Source of the DNA: Betaproteobacteria bacterium SCGC AG-212-J23
GTDB lineage: Bacteria > Pseudomonadota > Gammaproteobacteria > Burkholderiales > SG8-39
DNA: 64,000 nt
Assembly: GCA_001644455.1 (NCBI GenBank)
Contig: LSTF01000047.1
Coordinates: 2,818 to 66,817 of the forward strand
Reading direction: 5' to 3'
Position numbers and translations under genes: made by a program. The notes beneath the pieces are model-generated. The model was not told where the DNA came from. It did not search any database and saw only the letters and a list, made by a program, of their open reading frames with translations. Shown piece by piece: positions 9,076 through 20,994 of the stretch (position 1 is the stretch's first letter; each line of letters begins with the position of its first letter).

Positions 9076-10599
9076 CTAGTAGGGCGCGCGCAGCATGCCG
9101 GTGATGGTGCGCACGCCCTCCACGTAGTGCCCCACCCGCATGTTCTCGTCGAAGGTGTGCTGGTTGTTATCGCCGTTGACGAGCGGGACGATGACGAACG
9201 GAGCGCCGAGGATCTCGACGAGGGAGTCGGTGGGGACGCTGCCGCCCATCATGCGGATGCGGACGGGCTCGCCGCTGGAGCTGGTCTGCTTCAGGGACGC
9301 GTAGGCCCATTTGCCGAGAGGTGATTCGAGAGGTGTGCGGCTGGCGCGGCCGCCCTGTCCCATGGTGAGGGTGGCGAGCTTGTCGTACGTGGCGCGATCC
9401 TCCTCGGTGGGCTGGGCGCTGATCAGGTGGTAGCCCTGGCGTTCAATATGGTTTTTGAGAAGAGAAAATAAATATTCCGGTGGTGACTCGGGCGTGGTTC
9501 GCAAGTCGAACTCGGCGATCGCTTGGTGGGGAATGATGTTGGAGGCCTTGTCGCCGACGGAAGCCGAGGACATGCCGCGCACGTTGAGCGACGGGTACTG
9601 GATCGCTTCCTGGAGGCTGCCGCCGACGGTCTCGGCGCGGCGGATGCCGAGGCGGCGGCGGATGGCGGGCTCGTCATCGCCGGTGTCGGCGAGAATCTGC
9701 TTCTCGGCGTCCGATAGCTGCACGCGGTCGTAGTAGCCGGGGATGGTGACGCGGCCGTTGTCGTCCTTCATCGAGGCGATGAGGCGCGAGAGGCGGATCG
9801 CGGGGTTGGGGGCGTAGTTGCCGTAGTGGCCGCTGTGCAGCGGCTGCCGCGGGCCGTAGACGACCAGGGTGACGCGCGTCGCGCCGCGGTTGCCGAAGAT
9901 GAGGGTGGGGCGCTCGCTCGCATGCCGAGGGCCGTCGTGGATGACGATCGCGTCCGACTTCAATAGATCCTTATTTGCGGAGACGACTGCAGGGATCGAG
10001 GGTGAGCCTTTCTCTTCCTCGCTATCGAGCAGCACCTTGACGTTGTACGCCGGCTGCTGCTTCGCCTGCTTCAGGCCGTCGAAGGCGGCGAGGAACATCA
10101 TGATCGGCCCCTTGTCGTCCGACGAGGCGCGCGCGAAGACGCGAAGCTCGGGATGGAGCTTCTCGGCGAAGAGGAGCTCGGTGTCGACGATCTCCCACTT
10201 GCCCTCGACGTTGCGCATCTTCACCACCGGCTTCCACGGGCTGGGCTGCGACCACTCCTTGTCGACGACCGGTTGGCCGTCCATGTGCATGTAGAAGAGG
10301 ATGGTCTTGACGGGGTTCCCGCCTTCGCGGGAACGACGGGTTGGGTACTCGGCGAAGAGCATCGGCTTGCCCTTGTTCGCGAGCTGCTTCGTGGTGAAGC
10401 CGCGCTTCTTGAACGCGGCCTCGAGCCAGTCGGCGTTCGCCTGGATGTCGGGCGGGTTGATGGCGTCGTTCGGGAGGGAGAGGAGCTCGAGGTACTCACG
10501 GAACGTGCCCTGCGCGAGCTTCTGCGCGGCGTACGGGGAGAGGGGCTCCTGTGCGAGCGCGAGCGCGGGAAAGGCGAAGAGCAAAAGGGCGAGGCGCAT
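9076..10599 (-). CDS. Exported M20/M25/M40 family metallo-hydrolase
   Basis: Signal peptide MRLALLLFAFPALALA; HMDGQP, SDDKG, EEEKGS, HSG, NQHTFDEN. Confidence 0.88.
   Translation of the reverse strand: MRLALLLFAFPALALAQEPLSPYAAQKLAQGTFREYLELLSLPNDAINPPDIQANADWLEAAFKKRGFTTKQLANKGKPMLFAEYPTRRSREGGNPVKTILFYMHMDGQPVVDKEWSQPSPWKPVVKMRNVEGKWEIVDTELLFAEKLHPELRVFARASSDDKGPIMMFLAAFDGLKQAKQQPAYNVKVLLDSEEEKGSPSIPAVVSANKDLLKSDAIVIHDGPRHASERPTLIFGNRGATRVTLVVYGPRQPLHSGHYGNYAPNPAIRLSRLIASMKDDNGRVTIPGYYDRVQLSDAEKQILADTGDDEPAIRRRLGIRRAETVGGSLQEAIQYPSLNVRGMSSASVGDKASNIIPHQAIAEFDLRTTPESPPEYLFSLLKNHIERQGYHLISAQPTEEDRATYDKLATLTMGQGGRASRTPLESPLGKWAYASLKQTSSSGEPVRIRMMGGSVPTDSLVEILGAPFVIVPLVNGDNNQHTFDENMRVGHYVEGVRTITGMLRAPY
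10310..10340. repeat. Palindromic REP/RPE-like element inside the peptidase CDS
   Basis: GTTCCCGC-CTTC-GCGGGAAC perfect 8-bp hairpin at 10315-10334. Confidence 0.65.
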
Positions 10600-10601
10600 G
10601 G

Positions 10602-11027
10602 CTATTTCTTCCAGTGCGGGTTGGGGCGACTGGTCTCGACGTACTTCTTCAGGCGGTACATGAGCTCGCCCCAGGTCGAGTTGCACATCACCGCGTACGG
10701 GGTCATCGCCTTCCAGTTGCCGTGCACGAAATCGATGCGGGTGCCTTCCTCGCCGGGCGTGACCGTCCATTCGAGCGTGGTGCCGGCCCATTCGTCCGGG
10801 TCGCCGGAGCAGGACAGCGCGACGCGGCGGCCGGGTTCGAGTGCCTCGATGCGCATGCGGAACACCACGGCGCGCTTCTCGAAGCCGAACTCGACCTTGC
10901 CCCCGGGCTTTGCCTGCATCACGGTGTCGGCGGTCCACCAGCCGCGCATTCCCTTCTGCGTCGCCACCGCGGCGTATACGCTCCTGGGATTCGCCTCGAT
11001 GGTGATGCTGTGCAATAGGTCAGCCAT
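10602..11027 (-). CDS. SRPBCC/AHSA1-like domain protein
   Basis: I.A.P..VY.A, GWWT, EWAGT, F.HGNW pattern. Confidence 0.8.
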   Translation of the reverse strand: MADLLHSITIEANPRSVYAAVATQKGMRGWWTADTVMQAKPGGKVEFGFEKRAVVFRMRIEALEPGRRVALSCSGDPDEWAGTTLEWTVTPGEEGTRIDFVHGNWKAMTPYAVMCNSTWGELMYRLKKYVETSRPNPHWKK

Positions 11028-11036
11028 GAGTTCCGG

Positions 11037-11801
11037 CTAGCTGGTTCGCGCACTCTCGAGCAGCACCTTCATGAGGTCGATCGGCATCGGGAAGACGATG
11101 GTCGAAGACTTGTCGCCGGCGATGTTGGTGAGCGTCTGCAGGTAGCGCAGCTGCATGGCCTCGGGGCGCCCGGAGAGGATTTTGGCCGCCTCGAGCAGCT
11201 TCTCGGCGGCCTGCTGCTCGCCCTCGGCGTGGATGATCTTGGCGCGGCGCTCGCGCTCGGCCTCGGCCTGGCGGGCGATGGCGCGCACCATGGTCTCGTT
11301 CAGGTCGACGTCCTTGATCTCGACCGTCGAGACCTTGATGCCCCAGGCCTCGGTCTGCGAGTCGAGGATGGCCTGGATGTCGAGGTTGAGCTTCTCGCGC
11401 TCGGCGAGCAGCTGGTCGAGCTCGTGCTTGCCGAGCACCGCGCGCAGCGTGGTCTGGGCGAGCTGGCTGGTGGCGTTGAGGAAGTTCGCCACCTGGATCA
11501 CCGCCTTCTGCGGGTCGACGATGCGGAAGTAGACCACCGCGTTCACCTTCACCGAGACGTTGTCGCGCGTGATCACGTCCTGCGGCGGCACGTCGAGCAC
11601 CACGGTGCGCAGGTCCATGCGCACCATCTGCTGCATCGCCGGGACCAGCAGGATGAGGCCCGGCCCCTTGACCGCCCAGAAGCGCCCGAGCTGGAACACC
11701 ACGCCGCGCTCGTACTCGCGCAGGATGCGCAGCGACATCGACAGCAGGATGAGGACGACGATTGCTGCGCCGAGGCCGAAGTAGGGCATGTCAGGCTCCA
11801 T
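11037..11801 (-). CDS. SPFH/stomatin (slipin) family protein
   Basis: [42 protein letters not shown]. Confidence 0.92.
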   Translation of the reverse strand: MEPDMPYFGLGAAIVVLILLSMSLRILREYERGVVFQLGRFWAVKGPGLILLVPAMQQMVRMDLRTVVLDVPPQDVITRDNVSVKVNAVVYFRIVDPQKAVIQVANFLNATSQLAQTTLRAVLGKHELDQLLAEREKLNLDIQAILDSQTEAWGIKVSTVEIKDVDLNETMVRAIARQAEAERERRAKIIHAEGEQQAAEKLLEAAKILSGRPEAMQLRYLQTLTNIAGDKSSTIVFPMPIDLMKVLLESARTS

Positions 11802-13071
11802 TCACTCGATTGACTTGAAGAACCAATCCATCCACGGCGGCTACGCTCACGCGCTCGCCCGCCTTGAGCGGCGTGGCGCTTTTCACGCGCCAGGTCTCGC
11901 CCTGCACGCGCGCCCAGCCTTCGCCGGCGAAGTCTTGCAGCACTTCGCCGGCGGCGCCGATCAGCGTCTCGCGGCCGCTCACCACCGGGCGCCGGCGCGC
12001 CCTGAGCGCGAGGGTTGCGACCGCGACGAGAAACAGCGCGCTCGCCGCGAAGATGCCGACGATGAGGGGCAGGGGCACGCCGAACCCCGGCGCCTCGGTG
12101 TCGATCAGCATCACCGAGCCGACCACGAAGGCGATGCCGCCGCCGATGCCGAGCGAGCCGTAGGCGGGAAAAAACACCTCCGCCGCCATGAAGCCGATGC
12201 CGATCAGGATCAGCGCGAGCCCGGCGAAGCTCACCGGCAGCAGGTGCAGCGCGTAAAGGGCGATCAGCAGCGCCACCGCGCCCGCCACGCCCGGCGCCAC
12301 CAGTCCGGGATTCATGAACTCGAAGATCAAGCCGTAGATGCCGAGGAGCAACAGCACGTAGGCGATGCTCGGGTCGGTGATGACGCCGAGAAAGCGGGTG
12401 CGCCAGTCGGGCTCGAAGGCGGTGGTCGCGGCGCCGCGCGTCGCGAGGGTGACTTTCCTGCCGTTCAAATCCAGGACCTTCCCATCGACGCGTTCCAGGA
12501 GCTGCGGCAGGTCGGCGGCGATGACGTCGACGACCTTCTGCTTCAGCGCCTCGTCGGCCGACAGGCTGGCCGCGTCGCGCACCGCGCGCTCGGCCCAGTC
12601 GGCGTTGCGGCCGCGCAGCTGCGCGAGGCCGCGGATGTAGGCGGCCGCGTCCTGCACCGCCTTGATCGCGCTCTTGTCTTTGTCCTTGTCGGCGCTGCCG
12701 CCGATGGCGATCGGCGTGGCGGCGCCCAGGTTCGTCCCGGGCGCCATGGCGGCGAGGTGCGAGGCGTACAGGATGTAGGTGCCGGCGCTCGCCGCGCGCG
12801 CGCCGCTGGGCGCGACATAGGCGGCCACCGGCACGGGCGAGGCGAGGATGTCCTTGATGATGGCGCGCATCGAGCTGTCGAGCCCGCCGGGCGTGTCCAG
12901 GCGCAGCACCACCAGTTGCGCCCCCGCCTTCGCCGCGCGCTCGAGCCCGCGATGCACGTAATCCGCGCCCGCCGGCCCGATCGCGCCCTCGACGGCGATC
13001 AGCTCCACCGGCGCCGGCTCGGCGGTCGCCGGGGCGCAGGCAAACGGCAGGAGTAGTAGCAGCCAGCGCAT
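11791..13071 (-). CDS. nfeD: NfeD family membrane-bound serine protease
   Basis: LDTPGG, AASAG, GAATP, C-terminal GETW OB fold; paired with slipin. Confidence 0.9.
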   Translation of the reverse strand: MRWLLLLLPFACAPATAEPAPVELIAVEGAIGPAGADYVHRGLERAAKAGAQLVVLRLDTPGGLDSSMRAIIKDILASPVPVAAYVAPSGARAASAGTYILYASHLAAMAPGTNLGAATPIAIGGSADKDKDKSAIKAVQDAAAYIRGLAQLRGRNADWAERAVRDAASLSADEALKQKVVDVIAADLPQLLERVDGKVLDLNGRKVTLATRGAATTAFEPDWRTRFLGVITDPSIAYVLLLLGIYGLIFEFMNPGLVAPGVAGAVALLIALYALHLLPVSFAGLALILIGIGFMAAEVFFPAYGSLGIGGGIAFVVGSVMLIDTEAPGFGVPLPLIVGIFAASALFLVAVATLALRARRRPVVSGRETLIGAAGEVLQDFAGEGWARVQGETWRVKSATPLKAGERVSVAAVDGLVLQVNRVNGA

Positions 13072-13111
13072 GCGGTACCCTACTCCTTCAAATGACAACA
13101 CGGAGACGCAA

Positions 13112-13788
13112 GTGATCAAGTTCTACTACAGCACCGCCCCGAACCCGATGAAGGTGGCACTGTGCCTCGAGGAAATGGGGCTCGCCTACGAGCCGATTCC
13201 CGTCGACACGCGCAAGGGCGCGCAGCACAAGCCCGAGTACCTCGCCATCAACCCCAACGCCAAGGTGCCCTCCATCGTCGACGGCGACGTGACGATGTTC
13301 GACAGCAACGCCATCGTCCTTTACCTGGCCGAGAAGACCGGCAAGTTCCTGCCGAAGCCCGCGCAGCGCGGCCCGGCGCTGTCATGGCTCATGTTCGTCG
13401 CCAGCGGGATCGGACCGTTCACCGGCCAGTACGTGCACTTCAAGAACTATGCGCCGGAGAAGATCGCCTATGGCATCAACCGCTACGAGTTCGAGGCGCT
13501 GCGCCACTGGAACATCGTCGAGGCGCGCCTGGCGAAGAGCAAGTACATGGCGGGCGACACCTATACCGTCGTCGACATGGCGCTGTGGGGCTGGGCGCGG
13601 CTTGTGCCGAACATCCTCGGCGAGCACGCGGCGAAGCTCGTCAACGTCAAGCGGCTGGTGGACGAGATCAGCGCGCACCCGGCGGCGCAGAAAGCGATCG
13701 CCCTCAAGGATCGCTACGCCTTCAAGACCGAGAACGACGAGGAGGCGAAGCGCGCCATGTTCCCGCACATGTACCGCGCGCAGGCCAC

Positions 13789-13792
<4 letters not shown>
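13112..13792 (+). CDS. Glutathione S-transferase
   Basis: PNP.KV, INPNAKVP, FDSNAI..YLAEKTG; GGAG before GTG 13112. Confidence 0.9.
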
Positions 13793-15773
<1,981 letters not shown>

Positions 15774-15775
15774 AT

Positions 15776-15807
15776 AAAAAACGGGCCACGCCTTGCGGCG
15801 CGGCCCG
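15776..15807 (-). terminator. Rho-independent terminator
   Basis: 11-bp GC stem at 15782-15807 next to an A6 run (U tract on the minus strand), between convergent genes. Confidence 0.7.
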
Positions 15808-15827
15808 CCGTCTGCAACGCCCTGCTG

Positions 15828-16184
15828 CTACTTGCTGGTGCTGCCGCTGCCCATCGAGCCCGAGGAGCCGCCGGTCGGCGCCGGGGTGGTCGAGCTGGGC
15901 GACTTGGCCGGGGCGCTGGTGCCGCCGCTCGAGGACTTGTTGAAGTGCGCGTCCCATTCGGCGCGCGAGATCTGGCCGTCATTGTTGGTGTCGACGGAGG
16001 AGAAGCTCGGCGGGATGGCGCTGTCCGAGCTGCTGCCGGTGCCGGCCGACGGCGATGACGGGGAGGCGGCCGACGGCGAGACCGAAGACGGGCTCTTGGA
16101 CGAGGTGGAAGAATCCGCCGCGACGGCGAGCGTCGAAAGGGCAAAAAGTGCCGCTGCGGTGGTAACGGTTACGCTCTTAAGCAT
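15828..16184 (-). CDS. Exported Ser-rich protein with a single EF-hand
   Basis: Signal peptide; DTNNDGQISRAE EF-hand; AGGAG SD. Confidence 0.8.
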   Translation of the reverse strand: MLKSVTVTTAAALFALSTLAVAADSSTSSKSPSSVSPSAASPSSPSAGTGSSSDSAIPPSFSSVDTNNDGQISRAEWDAHFNKSSSGGTSAPAKSPSSTTPAPTGGSSGSMGSGSTSK

Positions 16185-16220
16185 TTAGGTCTCCTTGGTT
16201 GGCGAATCACCTGCTCTCCC

Positions 16221-16234
16221 GCAAGCGGCATGCC
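16221..16234 (-). promoter_or_regulatory. Putative sigma54 -24/-12 promoter
   Basis: GGCATGCCGCTTGC (GG-N10-GC) 37 nt upstream of the start at 16184. Confidence 0.6.
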
Positions 16235-16250
16235 GGGTTAAGCTCGCGCC

Positions 16251-16649
16251 ATGCGAATGCTCCTCGTGCTGGCGCTTGCCGCGGTGCCGCAAGCCTGGAG
16301 CCAGGAGAAGGCCCTGCCTGCGGAAGGGCTGTCCGACGCGCAGCGCGTCGATTACCGCAAGCTGATGCGCGCCTACCTCGATACTTTCCGCGTTCTCGGC
16401 CGTTCCAGGCTCTGCGGCTACAACTTCGAGGCCGAGCCCTTCTTCCGCGAGGTCGCCCGCCGCCATGGCGAGAAAAGCGAGCCGGTGACGATCGCCGGCC
16501 TGGCCTTCGCCGCCGGGGCGGAGAACCTCGTCCTCTCGCGCGAGGTGGATCCGACGCCGCCTGCACCGATGCCGTGCGACGTGGTGCAGTACATGCGCGA
16601 CATGCGCTTGCCCGAGCTGCCGGCGTCGCTCGTGCGGCGCGCCGACTGA
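16251..16649 (+). CDS. Hypothetical exported protein
   Basis: Signal peptide, two Cys, host-like codon usage. Confidence 0.7.
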   Translation: MRMLLVLALAAVPQAWSQEKALPAEGLSDAQRVDYRKLMRAYLDTFRVLGRSRLCGYNFEAEPFFREVARRHGEKSEPVTIAGLAFAAGAENLVLSREVDPTPPAPMPCDVVQYMRDMRLPELPASLVRRAD

Positions 16650-16686
16650 TACGATTCCGAAGCATCAACCCACAGGGAGAAAAAGC

Positions 16687-16866
16687 ATGTCCAAGCGATC
16701 CGATGCGATGAAGAAGAAGGCGAAGGCCATGGCGAAGAAGAACCTCGCCAAGGCGAAGGTCCAGCTCAGGAAGATCAAGGCGCGGGCCCGGGTCGAGCTG
16801 TCCCGCCACACGCGCGCGTTCAAGGCCGCGGCGAAGCGTTACCGGGCCTCGCTCAAGAGCTCCTGA
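16687..16866 (+). CDS. Small highly basic protein (59 aa), absent from the ORF track
   Basis: GGGAGA SD, ATG 16687, TGA 16864-16866; 22 K/R vs 2 acidic residues; GC3-rich codons. Confidence 0.75.
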   Translation: MSKRSDAMKKKAKAMAKKNLAKAKVQLRKIKARARVELSRHTRAFKAAAKRYRASLKSS

Positions 16867-17657
16867 TCCTCGACCTCATCGACCCGCGGGTCGTCGGCGG
16901 CGCGACTGCCGTCGGCACCTTCGTCGGGATACTGCTTGCGCTGAAGCTCGGCCGCTGGCTGGGCCAGCGCGCGATCGCGAGCGACGGCCGGGCGGTGCAG
17001 CCCAACGTCGGCTCGCTCGAGGCGGCGGTGTTCGCGCTGCTCGGCCTGCTGATCGCCTTCACCTTCTCCGGCGCGCTGCAGCGCTTCGATTCGCGGCGGG
17101 TGCAGGTGGTGCAGGAGGCGAACTCGATCGGCACCGCCTGGTCGCACCTCTCGCTGCTGCCCGCGGCGGCGCAGCCCAAGCTGCGCGACACTTTCCGCGC
17201 CTATGTCGACGCGCGCATCGCCGCCTATCGCGTGTTGCCCGACATCGAGGGCGCGAAGGCGGCGCTGTCGCTCGCGAAGGAGCTGCAGGGCGAGATCTGG
17301 GAGCAGGCCGTGGCCGCCACCCAGCGGAAGGATGCGACCCAGGCGGCGACGATCGTGCTCATGCCGCAGCTGCAGGACATGTTCAGCCTCGCCACCGCGC
17401 GGCTTGCCGCGACGCAGATCCACCCGCCGACCGTCATCTACGAGATGCTGATCGCGCTGGCGCTGGTCGCGGCGCTGCTCGCCGGCTACCAGGCGGCGGG
17501 CGAGCGCGGCTACGACTGGATCCACAAGATCGCCTTCGCCGGCATCGTCTCCGCCACCGTCTACCTCATCCTCGACATCGAGTACCCGCGCCTGGGCTTC
17601 ATCCGCATCGACGCCATCGACAAGGTGCTGCTCGACGTGCGCGCCGGGATGAAGTGA
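16863..17657 (+). CDS. DUF4239/bestrophin-like membrane protein; probable CTG start
   Basis: FALLGLLIAFTFS, EANSIGTA, LILDIEYPRLGFIR; a first TM helix lies upstream of the track start 16995. Confidence 0.7.
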   Translation: MILDLIDPRVVGGATAVGTFVGILLALKLGRWLGQRAIASDGRAVQPNVGSLEAAVFALLGLLIAFTFSGALQRFDSRRVQVVQEANSIGTAWSHLSLLPAAAQPKLRDTFRAYVDARIAAYRVLPDIEGAKAALSLAKELQGEIWEQAVAATQRKDATQAATIVLMPQLQDMFSLATARLAATQIHPPTVIYEMLIALALVAALLAGYQAAGERGYDWIHKIAFAGIVSATVYLILDIEYPRLGFIRIDAIDKVLLDVRAGMK

Positions 17658-17665
17658 GCCGGCGG

Positions 17666-18184
17666 CTATAGCGCCGCTTCGAACGCCTTCATCTCCCGCG
17701 CGTGCGAGGACCAGAACGGGCGCGGCTTCACACCTTCCAGCCGGTCGGCCAGGATGCCGGCATGCACTGCCCAGCCGCCGCCGACGGCCATCTTCAGCGG
17801 CCGGTCGTCCGGCAGCCGGTGGTGGATGGTGAGCAGCACCTCCTTGCCCTTCGGCGCGAGCTCGTAGGTCACCTCCGATTCCCCGCCCTGCCAGCTCCAG
17901 GTGTGCGCCAGCAGGCGCAGGGGCTCGAGGCGGGTGATCTTGCCCGTGGAGGTGTGCTTGCCGGCGCCCATGGCGCCGGGCGGCGCGGCTTCGTCGCTGA
18001 GCGACTCGTTGTCGAAGTGCAGCTCGATGCGGCCGCCGACGCGCAGATCGAATTCGCCCGCGGCGAGCCAGGTGGCGCGCTTCTTCGATTCGGTGAGGTA
18101 GGCCCAGACGCGCTCGACCGGGCCGGGCAGCAGGCGCTCGAAGCGGACGGTGGAGGGCTTGATCAGGGTGGCGGAACGGGTCAT
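17666..18184 (-). CDS. SRPBCC/AHSA1-like protein
   Basis: FERLLPGPVERVWAYLT, GGGW..H. Confidence 0.85.
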   Translation of the reverse strand: MTRSATLIKPSTVRFERLLPGPVERVWAYLTESKKRATWLAAGEFDLRVGGRIELHFDNESLSDEAAPPGAMGAGKHTSTGKITRLEPLRLLAHTWSWQGGESEVTYELAPKGKEVLLTIHHRLPDDRPLKMAVGGGWAVHAGILADRLEGVKPRPFWSSHAREMKAFEAAL

Positions 18185-18525
18185 TTGCTTCTCCTTTTGC
18201 GAGCTTTTTCGATGGCGTCTTCCGCGCGCAGCGCGGCTTCGAGGTGATCGAGGCGCGTGGACCAGAATTCGCGCGTCTTCTGCATCCATTGCGCGAGCTC
18301 GTCGAACGGCTTCGGCTCGAGGGCGAGGAAATGATCGCGGCCGGAGACGCGCCGGCGCACCAGGCCGGCGCGCTCCAGCAGGCGGATATGCTTGGAGACC
18401 GAGTTGAGCGAGATGCCGAACGGCGCCGCCACCTCGGTGACGCGCGCCTCGCCCGCGGCGAGGCGCTTGAGGATCGAGCGGCGAGTATCGTCGGCCAGCG
18501 CGATCAGGGTATCGTCGAGATCCAT
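18181..18525 (-). CDS. ArsR family transcriptional regulator
   Basis: ALADDTRRSIL, VSKHIRLLERAGLV; ATGA overlap with the SRPBCC gene. Confidence 0.88.
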   Translation of the reverse strand: MDLDDTLIALADDTRRSILKRLAAGEARVTEVAAPFGISLNSVSKHIRLLERAGLVRRRVSGRDHFLALEPKPFDELAQWMQKTREFWSTRLDHLEAALRAEDAIEKARKRRSK

Positions 18526-18556
18526 GACGGGATTATATTCACCCAAAAGGATTAAT

Positions 18557-19510
18557 ATGTCAAGGCTGCTCGCGGTTCTGCTGCTCGCGCCGGGGGTCGC
18601 GCTCGCCCAGGCCTGGCCGGCGAAGGCGGTAACCTTCGTCGTGCCGTTCGCTCCCGGCGGCGGCACCGACATCAGCGCGCGCACCGTCGCCGCGAAGCTG
18701 CAGCAGAAGTGGGGCCAGCCGATCGTGATCGAGAACCGCGGCGGCGCGGGCGGCGTGATCGGCAGCGACGTGGTGGCGAAGGCGAGGCCCGACGGCTACA
18801 CGCTGCTCATCGCCAACGTGGGCATCACCTCGATCAATCCGGCGCTGTATCCGAAGCTGCCGTACGACCCGGACAAGGCGTTCGCGCCGATCTCGCTCAT
18901 CTGCGAGCTGCCGTTCGTGCTGATGGCGAGCCCGAAGCTGCCGGCCAATTCGGTGAAGGAGCTCGTCGCCTACGCCAAGGCCAATCCGGAGAAGGTGACC
19001 TACGCGAGCTCGGGGCAGGGCGGCTCGCCGCACCTCACCGCCGAGCTCTTCCAGCTCCTCACCGGCACGAAGATGACGCACGTGCCGTACAAGGGCGGCG
19101 GCCCGGCGATGACCGACCTCATGGCCGGCCACGTCGACATCCTCTTCGCCTCGGTGCTCGAAGGCTCGGGCAACATCCGCTCCGGAAAGCTGAAGGGCCT
19201 CGCCGTCACCCACGCGAAAAGGAACGTCGCGCTGCCCGACGTGCCGACCATCGCGGAGGCCGGCGTGCCGGGCGGCGAGTCCGGTTCGTGGATCGCGCTC
19301 CTTGCGCCGGCCGGCACGGCACCCTCCATCATTCAAAGAATTTCAAGGGACGTCGAAGAAGCCGTGAGCGCCGCCGAGGTGCGCGAGAAGCTGATCGCGC
19401 AGGGCGCGGTGCCGCAGGCGAGCACGCCGAAGGAGCTGCAGGCGCTGATCGACAAGGACCTCGCCCGCTACGGCAAGATCATCCGCGACAAGGGATTGCG
19501 AGCCGAGTAG
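18557..19510 (+). CDS. Bug/TctC tripartite tricarboxylate transporter substrate-binding protein
   Basis: VPFAPGGGTD, ENRGGAGG, PDGYTL, HVPYKGGG. Confidence 0.92.
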   Translation: MSRLLAVLLLAPGVALAQAWPAKAVTFVVPFAPGGGTDISARTVAAKLQQKWGQPIVIENRGGAGGVIGSDVVAKARPDGYTLLIANVGITSINPALYPKLPYDPDKAFAPISLICELPFVLMASPKLPANSVKELVAYAKANPEKVTYASSGQGGSPHLTAELFQLLTGTKMTHVPYKGGGPAMTDLMAGHVDILFASVLEGSGNIRSGKLKGLAVTHAKRNVALPDVPTIAEAGVPGGESGSWIALLAPAGTAPSIIQRISRDVEEAVSAAEVREKLIAQGAVPQASTPKELQALIDKDLARYGKIIRDKGLRAE

Positions 19511-19927
19511 CTAGTGGTGTGAGACGCGAACGCCGTTGTTCCGGTTGCGAACGACCGGGCGGACGGTGTTTACGGGATAGTAATAACCGCTGCGGTAGTA
19601 GGTCGTGTACGGATCGACCGGCCCGTTGTCGTAGACGGTCTGCACGTTCTGGCGCTCGGCCATCAGGCGCTGCCGCTGCAGCCATTCCTGCTGCTGCATC
19701 ACTTCGTAGGGCGAGGGCGGCGAGTAGGCGACGCGCTGCATCGAAGGATCGGGCTCGTACGTGGAAACGCGGTCGGCGATCGGCTTCACGCTCTTCGCGG
19801 CGCCGGGCGGCGGGGTGTTGGAGTAGTTGACCACGCCCTTGTCGTCGACCCACTTGTAGGTCTCGGCGCGGGCCACCGATGCCAGGAGGAATGGCAAGGA
19901 GAAAAGCAGGGCGAGGAGTCGCCGCAT
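19511..19927 (-). CDS. DUF4124 domain protein
   Basis: Signal peptide plus YKWVDDKGVVNYSNTPP. Confidence 0.85.
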   Translation of the reverse strand: MRRLLALLFSLPFLLASVARAETYKWVDDKGVVNYSNTPPPGAAKSVKPIADRVSTYEPDPSMQRVAYSPPSPYEVMQQQEWLQRQRLMAERQNVQTVYDNGPVDPYTTYYRSGYYYPVNTVRPVVRNRNNGVRVSHH

Positions 19928-19959
19928 GACGACAGTCTAGACCTGAAATTTCGCGTTGC

Positions 19960-20910
19960 CTACTCCGCGGCGATGCCGGCTTCCTTGATGACCTTCGCCC
20001 ACCGGACGACCTCGGCCTTGGCGAAGGCGGAGAACTGATCCGCCGTGCTCGATGACGGCTCGATGCCGGCGTCCATGAGGCGCTTGGCGGTCTCCGGGCT
20101 CGACACCGCCTTCACGAGGTCGGCATTCATCTGCTGCACCAGCGCGCGCGGCATGCCGCCCGGCCCGCACAGGCCGTACCAGACCGTGACGTCGTAGCCG
20201 GGCACGGTGTCCGAGATCGACGGCACGTCCGGAAAAGCCGGCGAGCGCCTGGTCGTCGAGACGCCGAGCGCGCGTGTCCTTCCCGACTTGATGTAGGCGA
20301 CCTGCTCCGGCAGGTTGGTGATCACGAGCTGGATCTGGCCGCCGGCGAGGTCGGCGGAGGAGGCCGCGCCGCCCTTGTACGGAACGTGCACGATATTCAC
20401 GCCGGTCATCGACTTGAAGAGCTCGACGCCGAGGTGCGTCGAGGTGCCGACGCCGGAGGAGCCGTAGCTCAGCTTGCCGGGATTCGCTTTCGCGTAAGCG
20501 ATGAACTCGGCGACGGTGTTGGCGGGAACCGAGGGATGCACCGCCATGACGTTCGGCGTGACGCCGATCAGGCCGATGTGCGTCACGTCGGCGATCGGGT
20601 CGTAGCCGACCTTCTTGTAGAGCGACGGGCCGATGCCGTGCGAGCCGATGTTGCACAGCACGAGCGTGTAGCCGTCGGGCGCGGACCGGGCGGTCATCTC
20701 GGCGGCGATGGTGCCGCCGGCGCCGGTCTTGTTCTCGACCACGATCTGCTGGTTCCAGATCGGCGCCAGGCCGGCGACCGCGATGCGCGCCGTCTGGTCG
20801 ACGCCGCCGCCGGGAACGAAGCCGACCAGGAGTCGCGGCGGCTTGGTCGGGTACTGCGCGAAGCAGGCAGTCGAGAATGAAACTGCGGCCAGGAACGCGA
20901 GTGTGCGCAT
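19960..20910 (-). CDS. Bug/TctC substrate-binding protein
   Basis: GFVPGGGVD, ENKTGAGG, PDGYTL, HVPYKGG; AGGAGG SD. Confidence 0.92.
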   Translation of the reverse strand: MRTLAFLAAVSFSTACFAQYPTKPPRLLVGFVPGGGVDQTARIAVAGLAPIWNQQIVVENKTGAGGTIAAEMTARSAPDGYTLVLCNIGSHGIGPSLYKKVGYDPIADVTHIGLIGVTPNVMAVHPSVPANTVAEFIAYAKANPGKLSYGSSGVGTSTHLGVELFKSMTGVNIVHVPYKGGAASSADLAGGQIQLVITNLPEQVAYIKSGRTRALGVSTTRRSPAFPDVPSISDTVPGYDVTVWYGLCGPGGMPRALVQQMNADLVKAVSSPETAKRLMDAGIEPSSSTADQFSAFAKAEVVRWAKVIKEAGIAAE

Positions 20911-20994
20911 CGGACCCTCCTCCTGGCCCGAAGCGTACACCTGGTGCAGAAAATGAACTTGTCGCCCCGGCGGCAGCGGTCTAAGGTTCGGCCC

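Noticed and set aside
3464..9326. Prophage, IS, integron or ICE
   Set aside because: No integrase, transposase, terminal inverted repeats, attC-like sites or tRNA target were seen.
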